A DNA stretch of 64,000 nt from Myxococcota bacterium (lineage in GTDB: Bacteria > Myxococcota_A > UBA9160 > UBA6930), in assembly GCA_965223415.1 (NCBI GenBank), contig OZ245002.1:704001-768000 (forward strand), written 5' to 3'. Made by a program: the position numbers and the translations under genes. This document shows, one piece after another, positions 46,798-56,419 of this stretch (positions within the stretch are counted from its first letter, which is position 1; each line of letters opens with the position of its first letter). The notes under the pieces were generated by a model. That model was given only the letters and a program-made list of their open reading frames with translations, searched no databases and had not been told where the DNA came from.

Positions 46798-49179
46798 ATG
46801 GTCGAGCTGCCCGTCCCTCCGGAGCCGCGATGGCCGGCGGGTTCGGGACCGCACGACGGCCGGGTGACCTTCCTGATCGAGCCGGCCGGCCGTCTCGAGG
46901 AGCGCCTGCTCCGCGAGTGGATCGAGGAATCGCGGCCCGACGAGGTGGCGCCCAGCCAGGTGGAGGTCTTGCGCATCCCTTCGCCGCGCCGCGCCCTCGG
47001 CCGGGTGGACCCGGGCCTCGAGCCCAGCCTGGCGGCCGGCGACGACCCCCTGATGGCTCCGTTGCGGGTCGCCTGGTTTCCGGAGACCCGGGACGGGCGG
47101 CGCAGCGCGCGCCTCTCCGACCTGCTCAAGCTGGGCGATCCCCGGGACCCCAACTTCCTGCGCGCGCGATGGGTCCGGCGCAGGGCACCGGAACGCTGCC
47201 GGATCATCGCCGGCCAGCCGGCCCGTGCCTCGGAGCTTCGGGAGCGCTGGCGACGCGCGGCGGGTACCGACACCGGCGCGACGGTCGGGCTCGCCGATTT
47301 CGTGGCCCGCCAGGCCGCCCTTGCCCTCGAGCGGGCCGAGCGCGGCGCCCGCGGCGCCCGCTACAAGGTCCCGCGCTTCGTGCGCGACGAGCTGCTCGCG
47401 CGCCCGGCCTTCCGAGGCGAGCTCGCGCGGCTGGCCCGGGACCTGGGCGAGAGCGAGGCCCGGGTCGGCAAGCGCGCCGCCCGCTACTTGAAGGAGATCG
47501 CGGCGAGCCACAGCCCCTTCGTGATCGACCTGGTGGTGCAGCTCTGGGTCTTCATGTACTCGCGGGGCTACGACAGCGAGCTGCACCACGTTCCGGCCGA
47601 GCTCGAGGAGCTTCGAGAGCGCCTGCAGCAGCACCCCGTGGTCTTCCTCCCGACCCACAAGTCCAACCTGGACCACGGCGCACTCCAGGTGCTGCTCCAC
47701 GAGAGCGGGCTGCCGCCGAACCACACGGCCGGCGGCATCAACATGAACTTCTTCCCGCTGGGCCCACTCGTGCGGCGTGCGGGGATCTTCTTCATCCGCC
47801 GCAGCTTCAAGGACAACCCGGTCTACAAGGTCGTGCTGCGCCACTACGTCGACTACCTGGTCGAGAAGCGCTTCTCCCTCGAGTGGTACATCGAGGGCGG
47901 GCGCTCCCGCTCGGGGAAGCTGCTGCCGCCGCGCTTCGGCCTGCTGGCCTACGTCGTGGACGCCTACCGGCGCGGCTGCAGCGACGACGTTCACCTGGTG
48001 CCGGTCTCCATCACCTACGACCAGATCTCCGACGTAGGCGACTACGCGAAGGAGGCCCGGGGCGGCGCCAAGGAGCGCGAGAGCTTTCTCTGGTTCCTCC
48101 GGATCCTGCGCCGCATGCCGCGGCGCCTGGGCAAGATCGCGATCCGCTTCGGCGAGCCGGTCTCCCTGGCCGCCACCCTGGGCCCGCCGGACCCGGAGGC
48201 GGAGCCGGACCCGGACGAGGAGAACCTGCAGCTCCAGAAGCTCGCCTTCGAGGTGTGCGTCCGGATCAACCGCGCCACGCCGATCACGCCCATCTCGCTC
48301 GTGTGTCTCGCCATGCTCGGCCGCGGCGATCGCGCGCTCTCCGCGGAGGAGATGGTCGCCGCCCTGGCCAACCTGGTCGGCTACGTCGAGCGCCGCGGCC
48401 TCGAGACGACGGAGCGCCTCGACCTCGGGAGCGAGAAGGGCGTCGCCGCCACCCTCGAGGAGCTCACCGCCGCCGGCCTCCTCGAGCGCTACGACGCTGG
48501 GCCGGAAGCGGTCTACCGCATCCGCGAGAACCAGCACCTCTCCGCCGCCTACTATCGCAACTCCGTCATTCACTACTTCGTGAACGGCGCAATCGGCGAG
48601 CTGGCACTCCTCCGGGCCGCCGAAGCCGAGGACGGCGACCCCGCCCGGGCCTTCTGGGACGAGGCCATGGAGCTTCGCGACCTGCTCAAGTTCGAGTTCT
48701 TCTTCGCGGAGAAGGAGGTCTTCCGAAAGGAGCTGCGGGAGGAGCTGGCGCTCCACGATCCGGAGTGGGAGGACGCCCTGGGCGACGGGCCCGAAGCGAT
48801 CGGTGAGCTGATCCAGGGGATCCGGCCGTTCAGCGCCCACCGCGTCCTGCGCCCCTTCCTGGAGGCCTACCGGGTGGTGGCCGACGTGCTCGGCCGCAGC
48901 GACGCCGACGTGCCCCTGGACGAGCCCGCCTTCCTCGACGCCTGCCTCGCCCTGGGCGGCCAGTACGCCCTGCAGCGCCACGTGAAGAGCCAGGAGTCGA
49001 ACTCCAAGGTGCTCTTCGCCACGGCGCTCAAGCTGGCGCGGAACCGGGGGCTGCTCGACCCCTCACCGGACCTGCTCGAGCGCCGCCGGGCCTTCGCGGA
49101 CGAGATCCAGGCGGCGATCCGTCGGGTGGACGGGGTGGAGGCGTTGGTGCGGGCGCGCCGCGCCGGGCTGTTCGACTAG
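46798..49179 (+). CDS. plsB: Glycerol-3-phosphate 1-O-acyltransferase
   Basis: THKSNLD (HxxxxD), GIFFIRRSF, YIEGGRSRSGKL, VPVSITYD, AYYRN. Confidence 0.92.
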   Translation: MVELPVPPEPRWPAGSGPHDGRVTFLIEPAGRLEERLLREWIEESRPDEVAPSQVEVLRIPSPRRALGRVDPGLEPSLAAGDDPLMAPLRVAWFPETRDGRRSARLSDLLKLGDPRDPNFLRARWVRRRAPERCRIIAGQPARASELRERWRRAAGTDTGATVGLADFVARQAALALERAERGARGARYKVPRFVRDELLARPAFRGELARLARDLGESEARVGKRAARYLKEIAASHSPFVIDLVVQLWVFMYSRGYDSELHHVPAELEELRERLQQHPVVFLPTHKSNLDHGALQVLLHESGLPPNHTAGGINMNFFPLGPLVRRAGIFFIRRSFKDNPVYKVVLRHYVDYLVEKRFSLEWYIEGGRSRSGKLLPPRFGLLAYVVDAYRRGCSDDVHLVPVSITYDQISDVGDYAKEARGGAKERESFLWFLRILRRMPRRLGKIAIRFGEPVSLAATLGPPDPEAEPDPDEENLQLQKLAFEVCVRINRATPITPISLVCLAMLGRGDRALSAEEMVAALANLVGYVERRGLETTERLDLGSEKGVAATLEELTAAGLLERYDAGPEAVYRIRENQHLSAAYYRNSVIHYFVNGAIGELALLRAAEAEDGDPARAFWDEAMELRDLLKFEFFFAEKEVFRKELREELALHDPEWEDALGDGPEAIGELIQGIRPFSAHRVLRPFLEAYRVVADVLGRSDADVPLDEPAFLDACLALGGQYALQRHVKSQESNSKVLFATALKLARNRGLLDPSPDLLERRRAFADEIQAAIRRVDGVEALVRARRAGLFD

Positions 49180-50162
49180 CCACCGAAGGAGGCCGCCCAC
49201 TCGGAGCGGCTGCACACGCGCGGGGCCTCGGGGGGCGCCACCGCGGGGGTACGCCGGGAGGCGTGCCAAGCGCGGAGCCCTTTCCACCACGGTGCCATCG
49301 GGACGACGTGGAAGCCGCGCCGCATCCAGCGAAGCCCGTGGCGAGCGGCCGCTTCGGGCGGGACGCCTGGCACCGCCATGAGGATCCGGAGCTGGACGCG
49401 CGGATCGCGCAGGTAGTGGCGAAGCGCCGCGTCCGGGCGCGTGCGCAGGCACCAGACCTCCGGCGGCAGGAGCCTCTCCCGGGTCGCGCGGGCCAGCGCC
49501 TCGATCTCCGGAGACGGATCCGCGTCCGGATCGAGCAGCAGGAGGACCTCGGCGTCGGCAGGCTCCCCGCCCTGCGCGACGCCCTGCCCCCGGAGCCCGG
49601 CGAGCAGTGCCCGTGCGAGCTCTCCGCCCTCTCCCCGAGTGACCAGCCGGCGCCCCGCCGGCGGAATGCCGCCCCCCACGAGCCAGTCGACGAGCTTCGT
49701 GTAGCTGCTGTAGTGGGCGTCGGGGTGGACGTGGTGCAGGGCGTGGTAGGGCGGCAGGGGCTGGAGACCCGGCGGGTGGGCGTCGAGCAGCGCGATCGGA
49801 CGGTGGTTCGGATCGAGGCCCCGACACGAGAGGATGTAGAGGAAGATCGCCGCCTGAAGCACCAGAAGCACCGTCACCCACGGCCCGGGCAGCAGCAGCG
49901 CGACGACGCCGGTGAAGGCGAGCTGGGTCAGGAACTCGGGCACGATGTGGCAGAAGACGTTCGCGAGCTGCCACTCCATGCGCGGCTGGAGGTCCGCGCC
50001 GATCCACTCGTGATGCACAGCATGGGGCCACGCGAGCGCCCGCAACCATCGGGACCGCGAGCGCAGCATCACGTGCAGGAGCCAGTGCACCCCGTCGAAG
50101 ACCCACGCACCGACCAGCCACAGCAGGGGCCCGAGGAGCAGCGCCCCGACCCAGACGTCCAT
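49176..50162 (-). CDS. Fatty-acid hydroxylase/sterol desaturase-like membrane protein with degenerate SDR-like C-terminus
   Basis: His boxes HWLLH, HAVHH, DPNH, YHALHHVHP; C-terminal LVTRGEGGELARAL and PPEVW. Confidence 0.7.
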   Translation of the reverse strand: MDVWVGALLLGPLLWLVGAWVFDGVHWLLHVMLRSRSRWLRALAWPHAVHHEWIGADLQPRMEWQLANVFCHIVPEFLTQLAFTGVVALLLPGPWVTVLLVLQAAIFLYILSCRGLDPNHRPIALLDAHPPGLQPLPPYHALHHVHPDAHYSSYTKLVDWLVGGGIPPAGRRLVTRGEGGELARALLAGLRGQGVAQGGEPADAEVLLLLDPDADPSPEIEALARATRERLLPPEVWCLRTRPDAALRHYLRDPRVQLRILMAVPGVPPEAAARHGLRWMRRGFHVVPMAPWWKGLRAWHASRRTPAVAPPEAPRVCSRSEWAASFGG

Positions 50163-50220
50163 GGATGGAGGATAGGCCGCCTAGCCTCGATCCGGCATGG
50201 AGAGGAATGCCCGGGCCAGC

Positions 50221-51561
50221 CTACGAGCCGCCGATCATGCCCCGGACGAGAGCGAAGCTGTCCGCCGCGGAGTAGACCAGCACGACCAGCAGCAGCACCG
50301 GAACGACGAAGCGGAGCATGAAGAGCCAGAGCCGCAGGGCGGCGCGCTCCCCACCGCCGACGGACGCCTCTTCCACCGCCCGCTCGCCGAGCTGCCAGCC
50401 CGCGAAGAGGGAGAGCATCAGACCGCCGAGCACCAGCAGCAGGTTGCCGCCGACCTGGTCCATCAGGCCCAGGACGTCGAGGCTCAGGGCGGACGGGATC
50501 CCCAGCAGCGCGATGGCAGCGCCACACCCCCAGGCGGCGCGGCGCCGCGCCCAGCCGAGGCCGTCGATGGCCGAGGAGACGACCACCTCGAGGAGGGAAA
50601 TCGCAGAGGTGAGGCCACCGACCACGAGGGCCGCCATGAAGAGCGATCCGACCACCCGACCCGGGCCGCCCATCTCCGCGAAGGCCTTGGGCAGCGTCAC
50701 GAAGAGCGCTCCCAGGGTGCTCGCTCCTACCTCCTCCTGCACGCCGAAGGCGAAGACGAAAGGAAACACGACCATGCCCGCGACGAAGGCGACGCCGAAG
50801 TCGGAGACGGCCACGAGCAGCGCCTCGCGCGGCAGGTCGCGCTCGCGGGAGAGGTAGCTCGCGTAGGTGAGGATCGCGCCCATGCCGAGGCTCAGACTGA
50901 AGAAGGCCTGGCCTGCGGCGTCCTTCATCACGTCGAAGTTCAGGACCTCGCTGAAGTCGGTGGTGAAGTAGTAGCGGTAGCCCTCGCCCGCCCCGTCGAG
51001 GGTGGCGGCGTAGGCGGCCAATCCGAGGACGAGGACGCCGAGCAGCGGCATCAGTGCCAGGGACGCCCGCTCGATGCCCGAGGTGATCCCGCCGGAGACC
51101 ACCACGATCGTGAGCAGCATGAACGCCAGGTGCCAGGCGACGGCCGGCCCACCGGACGCGATCGCGCCGAAATGGGCGCCGGCGTCGTCGGGAAAGCCGC
51201 TCAGAACGGCTTCGGCCACGTAGCGGACGGTCCAGCCGGCGATCACGCTGTAGTAGGCGAGGATCACGAAGCCGGCGAGCACGAACAGCCCGCCCAGCCA
51301 CTTCCAGGCGTCGCCACCGTAGTGGACCAGGGCCTGGATCGGGCTCCTCTGCGCGCCGCGGCCCAGGGTGAGCTCGGCGAGCATGACCGGCAGGCCCACC
51401 AGGGCGGTGAGCGCGACGTAGAGGAACACGAAGGCGGCGCCGCCGTTCTCGGCGGCCATGTAGGAGAACCTCCACATGTTGCCGAGGCCGACGGCAGAGC
51501 CCACCGCGGCGAGGGTGAAGCCGAAGCCCGCGGACCAGTGCTCGCGCGTTCCGTTCGTCAT
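50221..51561 (-). CDS. Sodium-dependent transporter, NSS (LeuT-like) family
   Basis: GSAVGLGNMWRF, GGAAF, YYSVIAGW, GQAFFSLSLG, LTSAISLLE. Confidence 0.95.
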   Translation of the reverse strand: MTNGTREHWSAGFGFTLAAVGSAVGLGNMWRFSYMAAENGGAAFVFLYVALTALVGLPVMLAELTLGRGAQRSPIQALVHYGGDAWKWLGGLFVLAGFVILAYYSVIAGWTVRYVAEAVLSGFPDDAGAHFGAIASGGPAVAWHLAFMLLTIVVVSGGITSGIERASLALMPLLGVLVLGLAAYAATLDGAGEGYRYYFTTDFSEVLNFDVMKDAAGQAFFSLSLGMGAILTYASYLSRERDLPREALLVAVSDFGVAFVAGMVVFPFVFAFGVQEEVGASTLGALFVTLPKAFAEMGGPGRVVGSLFMAALVVGGLTSAISLLEVVVSSAIDGLGWARRRAAWGCGAAIALLGIPSALSLDVLGLMDQVGGNLLLVLGGLMLSLFAGWQLGERAVEEASVGGGERAALRLWLFMLRFVVPVLLLVVLVYSAADSFALVRGMIGGS

Positions 51562-51600
51562 GGCGATCGTTATACCCCTCGGCCGACCGCCGCCGCCAGT

Positions 51601-52377
51601 TCAGCGCTCCGCCTCCAGCAACACCGTCGTGAAGGCGAAGTCGTGGGGACCGGGGTCGCCGATGCGGAGGAAGGCCCTCGCCGCGTCCGGCGCCCCTTCC
51701 AGCAGCGAGCGCAGCACACAGGCCTCGCGCGCGGGCGTCTGCATGCGCCGGATCCACGCCTCGAAGTCGATGAAGCAAGGCCAGCGGCCGCGGGGGCGGG
51801 GCTGTAGGCCGGCGTCGGCCATCATCCCCATCCACTCCTCGGCGGTGTGGTCGCGCACGTGGGAGGGATCGCGCACCAGCTCGATGGCCTGGACGAAGGT
51901 ATCGACGGCCGGCTCGTCGCTGCTGACGATGTCGGCCAGGAGGATCGCGCCGCCGGGCCGACAGACCCGTGCCATCTCCGCGACGGCACGCGCCGGATGC
52001 GGGTAGTGATGGGCGCTGTAGCGGGAGGTGACGACGTCGAAGGCGGCGTCGGGGAAGGGCAGGGCCTCGACGTCGCCGCGCTGGAAACGCACGGACAGCG
52101 AGCGCTCCCGGGCGAGCGCGCGGCCCTGGACGAGCATCTCCTCGGTGAGATCGAGGGCGGTCACCTCGAGACCCCGGGCGGCCAGGGCTAGGGCCGTGTG
52201 GCCAGCGCCGCAGCCCACGTCGAGGGCCCGCACGGCGCCGCGGGCTGTGGCGCGCGCCACCAGGGCTTCGAGGTCCGGACCGGTCGCGTGAACGTGGCTG
52301 GCGGCGTAGTTCGACGCGACGGCCCCGAACTGGCGCTGCACGGCAGCTTTCTCGTCGGCGGGTCGGGTGGGCGCCAT
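51601..52377 (-). CDS. Class I SAM-dependent methyltransferase (YafE/YcgJ-like)
   Basis: LDVGCGAGH, GDVEALPFPD, YSAHHY, RDPSHVR. Confidence 0.9.
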   Translation of the reverse strand: MAPTRPADEKAAVQRQFGAVASNYAASHVHATGPDLEALVARATARGAVRALDVGCGAGHTALALAARGLEVTALDLTEEMLVQGRALARERSLSVRFQRGDVEALPFPDAAFDVVTSRYSAHHYPHPARAVAEMARVCRPGGAILLADIVSSDEPAVDTFVQAIELVRDPSHVRDHTAEEWMGMMADAGLQPRPRGRWPCFIDFEAWIRRMQTPAREACVLRSLLEGAPDAARAFLRIGDPGPHDFAFTTVLLEAER

Positions 52378-52407
52378 GGCTTCCTCCAGTCGGTCGCGCG
52401 GGATCAA

Positions 52408-52433
52408 TTGAGTTGATCTAACTATTAACTCAA
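52408..52433. promoter_or_regulatory. Probable MarR operator palindrome
   Basis: TTGAGTTGAT-N6-ATTAACTCAA (9/10 inverted match) in the AT-rich gap between the divergent methyltransferase and marR genes. Confidence 0.7.
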
Positions 52434-52449
52434 GTTAATTTTCTGAGCC

Positions 52450-52923
52450 ATGGCCACCTCCCGCGACCGGTTGATCCTGAGCCTGCAGGAGCTGGCGGAC
52501 CTGTTCGCCCGCCGGCGGGCCCAGCTGGCCGGCGGTGCCGGGCTGCGGGAGAGCGAGTGGCGCCTGCTCGAAGAGGTCGCCCAGGAGGACTTCCTGCCTT
52601 CGCTCTTCGCCCGCGAGCGGGCGTGCACCGCGGCGGCGGTCTCCAAGACCCTGCGTGCCCTTCAGGAGGCCGGGCTGGTGACGGCCCGCATCGACCCGGA
52701 GGACGGGCGCCAGCGCCGCTATGGGCTCACCGCCGCGGGCCGGAGGCGACTCGCCGCCCTGGCTCGCGCCCGCAGCGAGGCCCTGGCGACCGTCTGGGAC
52801 GACCTGCCGGAGCGCGAGCTCGCGCGCGTCGCGAGCTTCGCCGACGAGCTGGCACTGCGCCTGCGGCGCTACGCGGACGAGAGGGAGCCCCGAACGAAGA
52901 GAGCCCGGCCAGCAGCGCGCTGA
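52450..52923 (+). CDS. MarR family transcriptional regulator
   Basis: AAVSKTLRALQEAGLV, DPEDGRQRRYGLTAAG. Confidence 0.9.
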   Translation: MATSRDRLILSLQELADLFARRRAQLAGGAGLRESEWRLLEEVAQEDFLPSLFARERACTAAAVSKTLRALQEAGLVTARIDPEDGRQRRYGLTAAGRRRLAALARARSEALATVWDDLPERELARVASFADELALRLRRYADEREPRTKRARPAAR

Positions 52924-52951
52924 CCGGGCTCCCGGAGAGAAGGAAGGAGCT

Positions 52952-53554
52952 TCAGGCCTTCGGACGGCGCCTCAGGTAGGAGAGTCCGAGCAGTCCGGTC
53001 GCCATCATCAGGAGGGTGCCGGGCTCGGGAACGCCGTGGGGATCGGCGCCGAGAAGCGCGTCGGCGAAGTAATCGCCGGGATCGACGTCGCCCTGCGAGC
53101 CGAACACCTGCTGGAACACGTTGGCGGCCTGGGTGGTCCAGATCAGCTCGAAGGTTCCGTCGGGACGCTGGAAGAGGTCGAAGACGTCGATGTGTGCGCC
53201 GAACACCGGAGCGCCGTCCACCAGCGCACCGACGAAGCCGTGGGCCGTGTGGGTGTTCCAATCGAAGCTCAGGCCCTCGACCACGTAGCGCGTCGACCGC
53301 GGACCCGCGGTGAACTCGATGCGCGCCTTGTCGTGCATCACCACACCAGGGGCGATGCCGCTCACGCCGAGCAGCAGCTCACCGACGGGGCCGATACTGC
53401 CGTCGCCGGTGACGTCGATCATGATGCCGTCGGCAGCCAGGGTGTCCTGGACCACCGTGATCTCGCTGATCGGTGCAGCTGCTCCAGGCAGCGCCGCACC
53501 GAACAACAGCACCAGACTTGCGAAGATCACACCGACTCGTCCTAGATTTCGCAC
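52952..53554 (-). CDS. PEP-CTERM exosortase target protein
   Basis: Signal peptide; C-terminus VPEPGTLLMMATGLLGLSYLRRRPKA; GTG 53554 with GGAGGAG SD. Confidence 0.9.
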   Translation of the reverse strand: MRNLGRVGVIFASLVLLFGAALPGAAAPISEITVVQDTLAADGIMIDVTGDGSIGPVGELLLGVSGIAPGVVMHDKARIEFTAGPRSTRYVVEGLSFDWNTHTAHGFVGALVDGAPVFGAHIDVFDLFQRPDGTFELIWTTQAANVFQQVFGSQGDVDPGDYFADALLGADPHGVPEPGTLLMMATGLLGLSYLRRRPKA

Positions 53555-53784
53555 GCTCAACTCCTCCAGGGACTCGGGCCCTCGGATGTACGTGGTCCGG
53601 CGGCGCAGCTTGTGTCATGGAAATCCCCTCATATCCGGCGGAATGCGAGCGATCCCTGCCGATCGGTCGGCTCCTGGGGCCTCGTGGGCACAACCCCGCA
53701 GAAACATTCGGGGTTTCCCACCGAACCCCCACGGGGACAGATCGGCGGAGCTATGCTCCGCGCCGATCTCGAGGGTGGGGAGCC

Positions 53785-56385
53785 ATGCCGGCCAGAAAGA
53801 GCGGGGGCAGGAGGAAGCGGGCGGTCCGGCTCTCGCCCCACGTGCGGCCGACCGAGGTCGATCTCCACGTCGAGGTGGATCCCTGCCAGGGGGACGCTTT
53901 CGAGGGCGAGGTCTGCCACCGGCTGCGCCTCGACCGGCGCACGCGGAGCATCGAGCTGCACGCCGACGACCTGCGGACGAGTCGCGTGCGGGTGGAGGCG
54001 AGCGGGCGTCGCGTCGCCGCCAGGCTCGAGCGACGACCGGAGCGCGAGACCGTGGTGGCCCAGCTCGCCGAGCCGCTGCCTCCCGGCGAAGCGACTCTCA
54101 CCCTCGGCTTCCGCGGCAAGCTGCGCAGCGATCTCCGCGGGCTCTACGGCGCCGGCTCCGACGAGCAGCGCTACGCCTTCACGCAGCTCGAAGCGGCGGA
54201 CGCGCGCCGCTTCTTCCCCTGCTTCGACGAGCCGTCCTTCAAGGCGCGCTTCCGGATCTCCGTCACCACCGGCAGCGGCAACACCGTGCTGTCGAACGGG
54301 CCGGCCGAGAAGACCGAGCCCCTCGGCGGCGGCCGCAAGACGGTGCACTTCGAGCGGACACCACCGCTCTCCACCTATCTGCTGGCACTAGCGGTGGGCG
54401 ATCTCGAGGTGTCACCACCGACGCGCTGCGGCGACACCGAGATCCGGGTGTGGCACGTGCCGGGCAAGGGCGGGCTCACCGACTTCGCCCTGGAGGCGGC
54501 CCGGGAGACCCTCTCGCGACTCGAGGCCTACTTCGACCTGCCCTACCCCTACGCCAAGCTCGACCTGGTCGCGGTTCCCGACTTCGAGGCCGGCGCCATG
54601 GAGAACGCGGGCGCGGTGTTCTTCCGGGAGACCCTGCTGCTCGTCGACCCGGCGACGGTGACGTTGCACGAGAAGAAGCGCGTCGCCGAGGTGATCTGTC
54701 ACGAGCTGGCGCACATGTGGTACGGCGACCTGGTCACGATGGCCTGGTGGGACGACCTCTGGCTGAACGAGGCCTTCGCCACCTGGATGGCCTTCCACGT
54801 CGTCGACTCCTGGAAGCCCGAGTGGAAGATGTGGAACGACTTCCAGCACTACCGCTCCGCGGCCCTCGGGATGGACGCGCTCGCCGAGACCCATCCCATC
54901 TACACGAAGGTGCGCACGCCGGAGGAAGCCACCGAGAACTTCGACCTCATCACCTACGAGAAGGGCGCGTCGGTGGTGCGCATGATCGAGCGTTACCTCG
55001 GAGCCGAGGCCTTCCGCGCCGGCGTACGCGGCTACATCCGCGAGCACGGCGAGGGCAACACCGTCGCCGCCGACCTGTGGAACGCGCTCTCGGAGGCGAG
55101 CGGCCAGGAAGTGGAGCCGATCGTGCGGGCCTGGATCGAGCAGGCGGGCTTCCCCCTGCTGCGTTTGAAGCGGGTGGAGGCGGGGCTACAGCTGCGCCAG
55201 CAGCGCTTCGAGCCGGCGCCCACCAGGGGGCGGCGGGACGTGTCGCGGGATCCGGCGAGCTGGCCGATTCCCTGGGTCGGCCGCGTCGGCACGGGCCGAG
55301 AGCGCAGCCGCACCGTCCGGCACCTCGTCACCGGGAAGCGCTGTGTCGTGCCGCTGCCGGTGGCCCAGCCGCGCTTCGTGTACGGGAACGCCGACGAGGG
55401 GGGCTTCTTCCGGCCGCTGCACGATCCGGACGAGCTCCGGGCGCTGGCCGGCTCGCGGGGGGCGCTCTCGGCCGTCGAGCGGATGGGGCTGCTCGGTCAC
55501 GCGGCGGCGGCGGTTCGGAACGGACACGCCGAGGTCGGACCGCTCCTCGACCTGCTCCTGGCCTTCCGCGACGAGGCGGACCCGGACGTGCTGCTCGCCG
55601 CAGCGGGCCCCCTGGACGACCTGATCGAGACGGCCCACCGCGGCGTCGGTGAGGCCGCCGAGCAGGCGCTCCAGGATGCCGTCGCGGAGGCCTTCGGGCC
55701 GGCCCTCGACGCCTGCGGCCTCGAAGATCGTCCCGGCGAGAGCGATGACGAGCGGCTGCGCCGGGCGGCCCTGCTCGGCCTGGTGGGACAGCTGGCGGAA
55801 CGCGAGGAGACGGTCCTGCAGGCGGGGCGACTCTGCGACGCCTACCTGGACGATCGGAGCGCCGTCGACCCGAACCTGGCGGATCGCATCGCCTCCCTCG
55901 GCGCGGCCCGCGGTGACGAGCGCCGCTACGCGCGCTTCCTCGCCGAGGCGGCGAGCTCCGCCACGCCCCAGGAGCGACGACGCTTCCTGATGGGGCTCGG
56001 CGGCTTCCGCGAGCCGGCCCTGGTGCAGCGCACCCTCGAGCTGTGCCTGACCGAGACGGTGAAGACCCAGGACGTCGCGATCCTGCTGACGCGGATGCTC
56101 GGCTCCCGACAGGCCCGGGAGGCCACCTGGGCCTTCATGAAGCGACGCTGGCGCCGACTCGCCCGGCGCATGCCGCCGATGATGGTGACCCGGCCGATCG
56201 AGGCGACGCCGGCCCTGGGCGGCCGTCGCTACCGGCGGGAGGTCGCCAGCTTCTTCCGCGAGCATCCCGTAGCGACGGGCCAACGGGCCGTGAAGCAGGC
56301 CCTGGAGCAGTTCGACCTCGACCTGGCGTTCGACGCGCGGGTGGCTGCCCCCCTCGAGCGCTGGCTCCGGGAGCGCGACGTCTAG
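53785..56385 (+). CDS. M1 family aminopeptidase (puromycin-sensitive/PepN-like, ERAP1-C domain)
   Basis: ARRFFPCFDEP, GAMEN, HELAHMW...NEAFA, YEKGASV. Confidence 0.95.
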   Translation: MPARKSGGRRKRAVRLSPHVRPTEVDLHVEVDPCQGDAFEGEVCHRLRLDRRTRSIELHADDLRTSRVRVEASGRRVAARLERRPERETVVAQLAEPLPPGEATLTLGFRGKLRSDLRGLYGAGSDEQRYAFTQLEAADARRFFPCFDEPSFKARFRISVTTGSGNTVLSNGPAEKTEPLGGGRKTVHFERTPPLSTYLLALAVGDLEVSPPTRCGDTEIRVWHVPGKGGLTDFALEAARETLSRLEAYFDLPYPYAKLDLVAVPDFEAGAMENAGAVFFRETLLLVDPATVTLHEKKRVAEVICHELAHMWYGDLVTMAWWDDLWLNEAFATWMAFHVVDSWKPEWKMWNDFQHYRSAALGMDALAETHPIYTKVRTPEEATENFDLITYEKGASVVRMIERYLGAEAFRAGVRGYIREHGEGNTVAADLWNALSEASGQEVEPIVRAWIEQAGFPLLRLKRVEAGLQLRQQRFEPAPTRGRRDVSRDPASWPIPWVGRVGTGRERSRTVRHLVTGKRCVVPLPVAQPRFVYGNADEGGFFRPLHDPDELRALAGSRGALSAVERMGLLGHAAAAVRNGHAEVGPLLDLLLAFRDEADPDVLLAAAGPLDDLIETAHRGVGEAAEQALQDAVAEAFGPALDACGLEDRPGESDDERLRRAALLGLVGQLAEREETVLQAGRLCDAYLDDRSAVDPNLADRIASLGAARGDERRYARFLAEAASSATPQERRRFLMGLGGFREPALVQRTLELCLTETVKTQDVAILLTRMLGSRQAREATWAFMKRRWRRLARRMPPMMVTRPIEATPALGGRRYRREVASFFREHPVATGQRAVKQALEQFDLDLAFDARVAAPLERWLRERDV

Positions 56386-56419
56386 CCGGCGAGCTCGATT
56401 TTCGCTTTACTTTTGCTCC

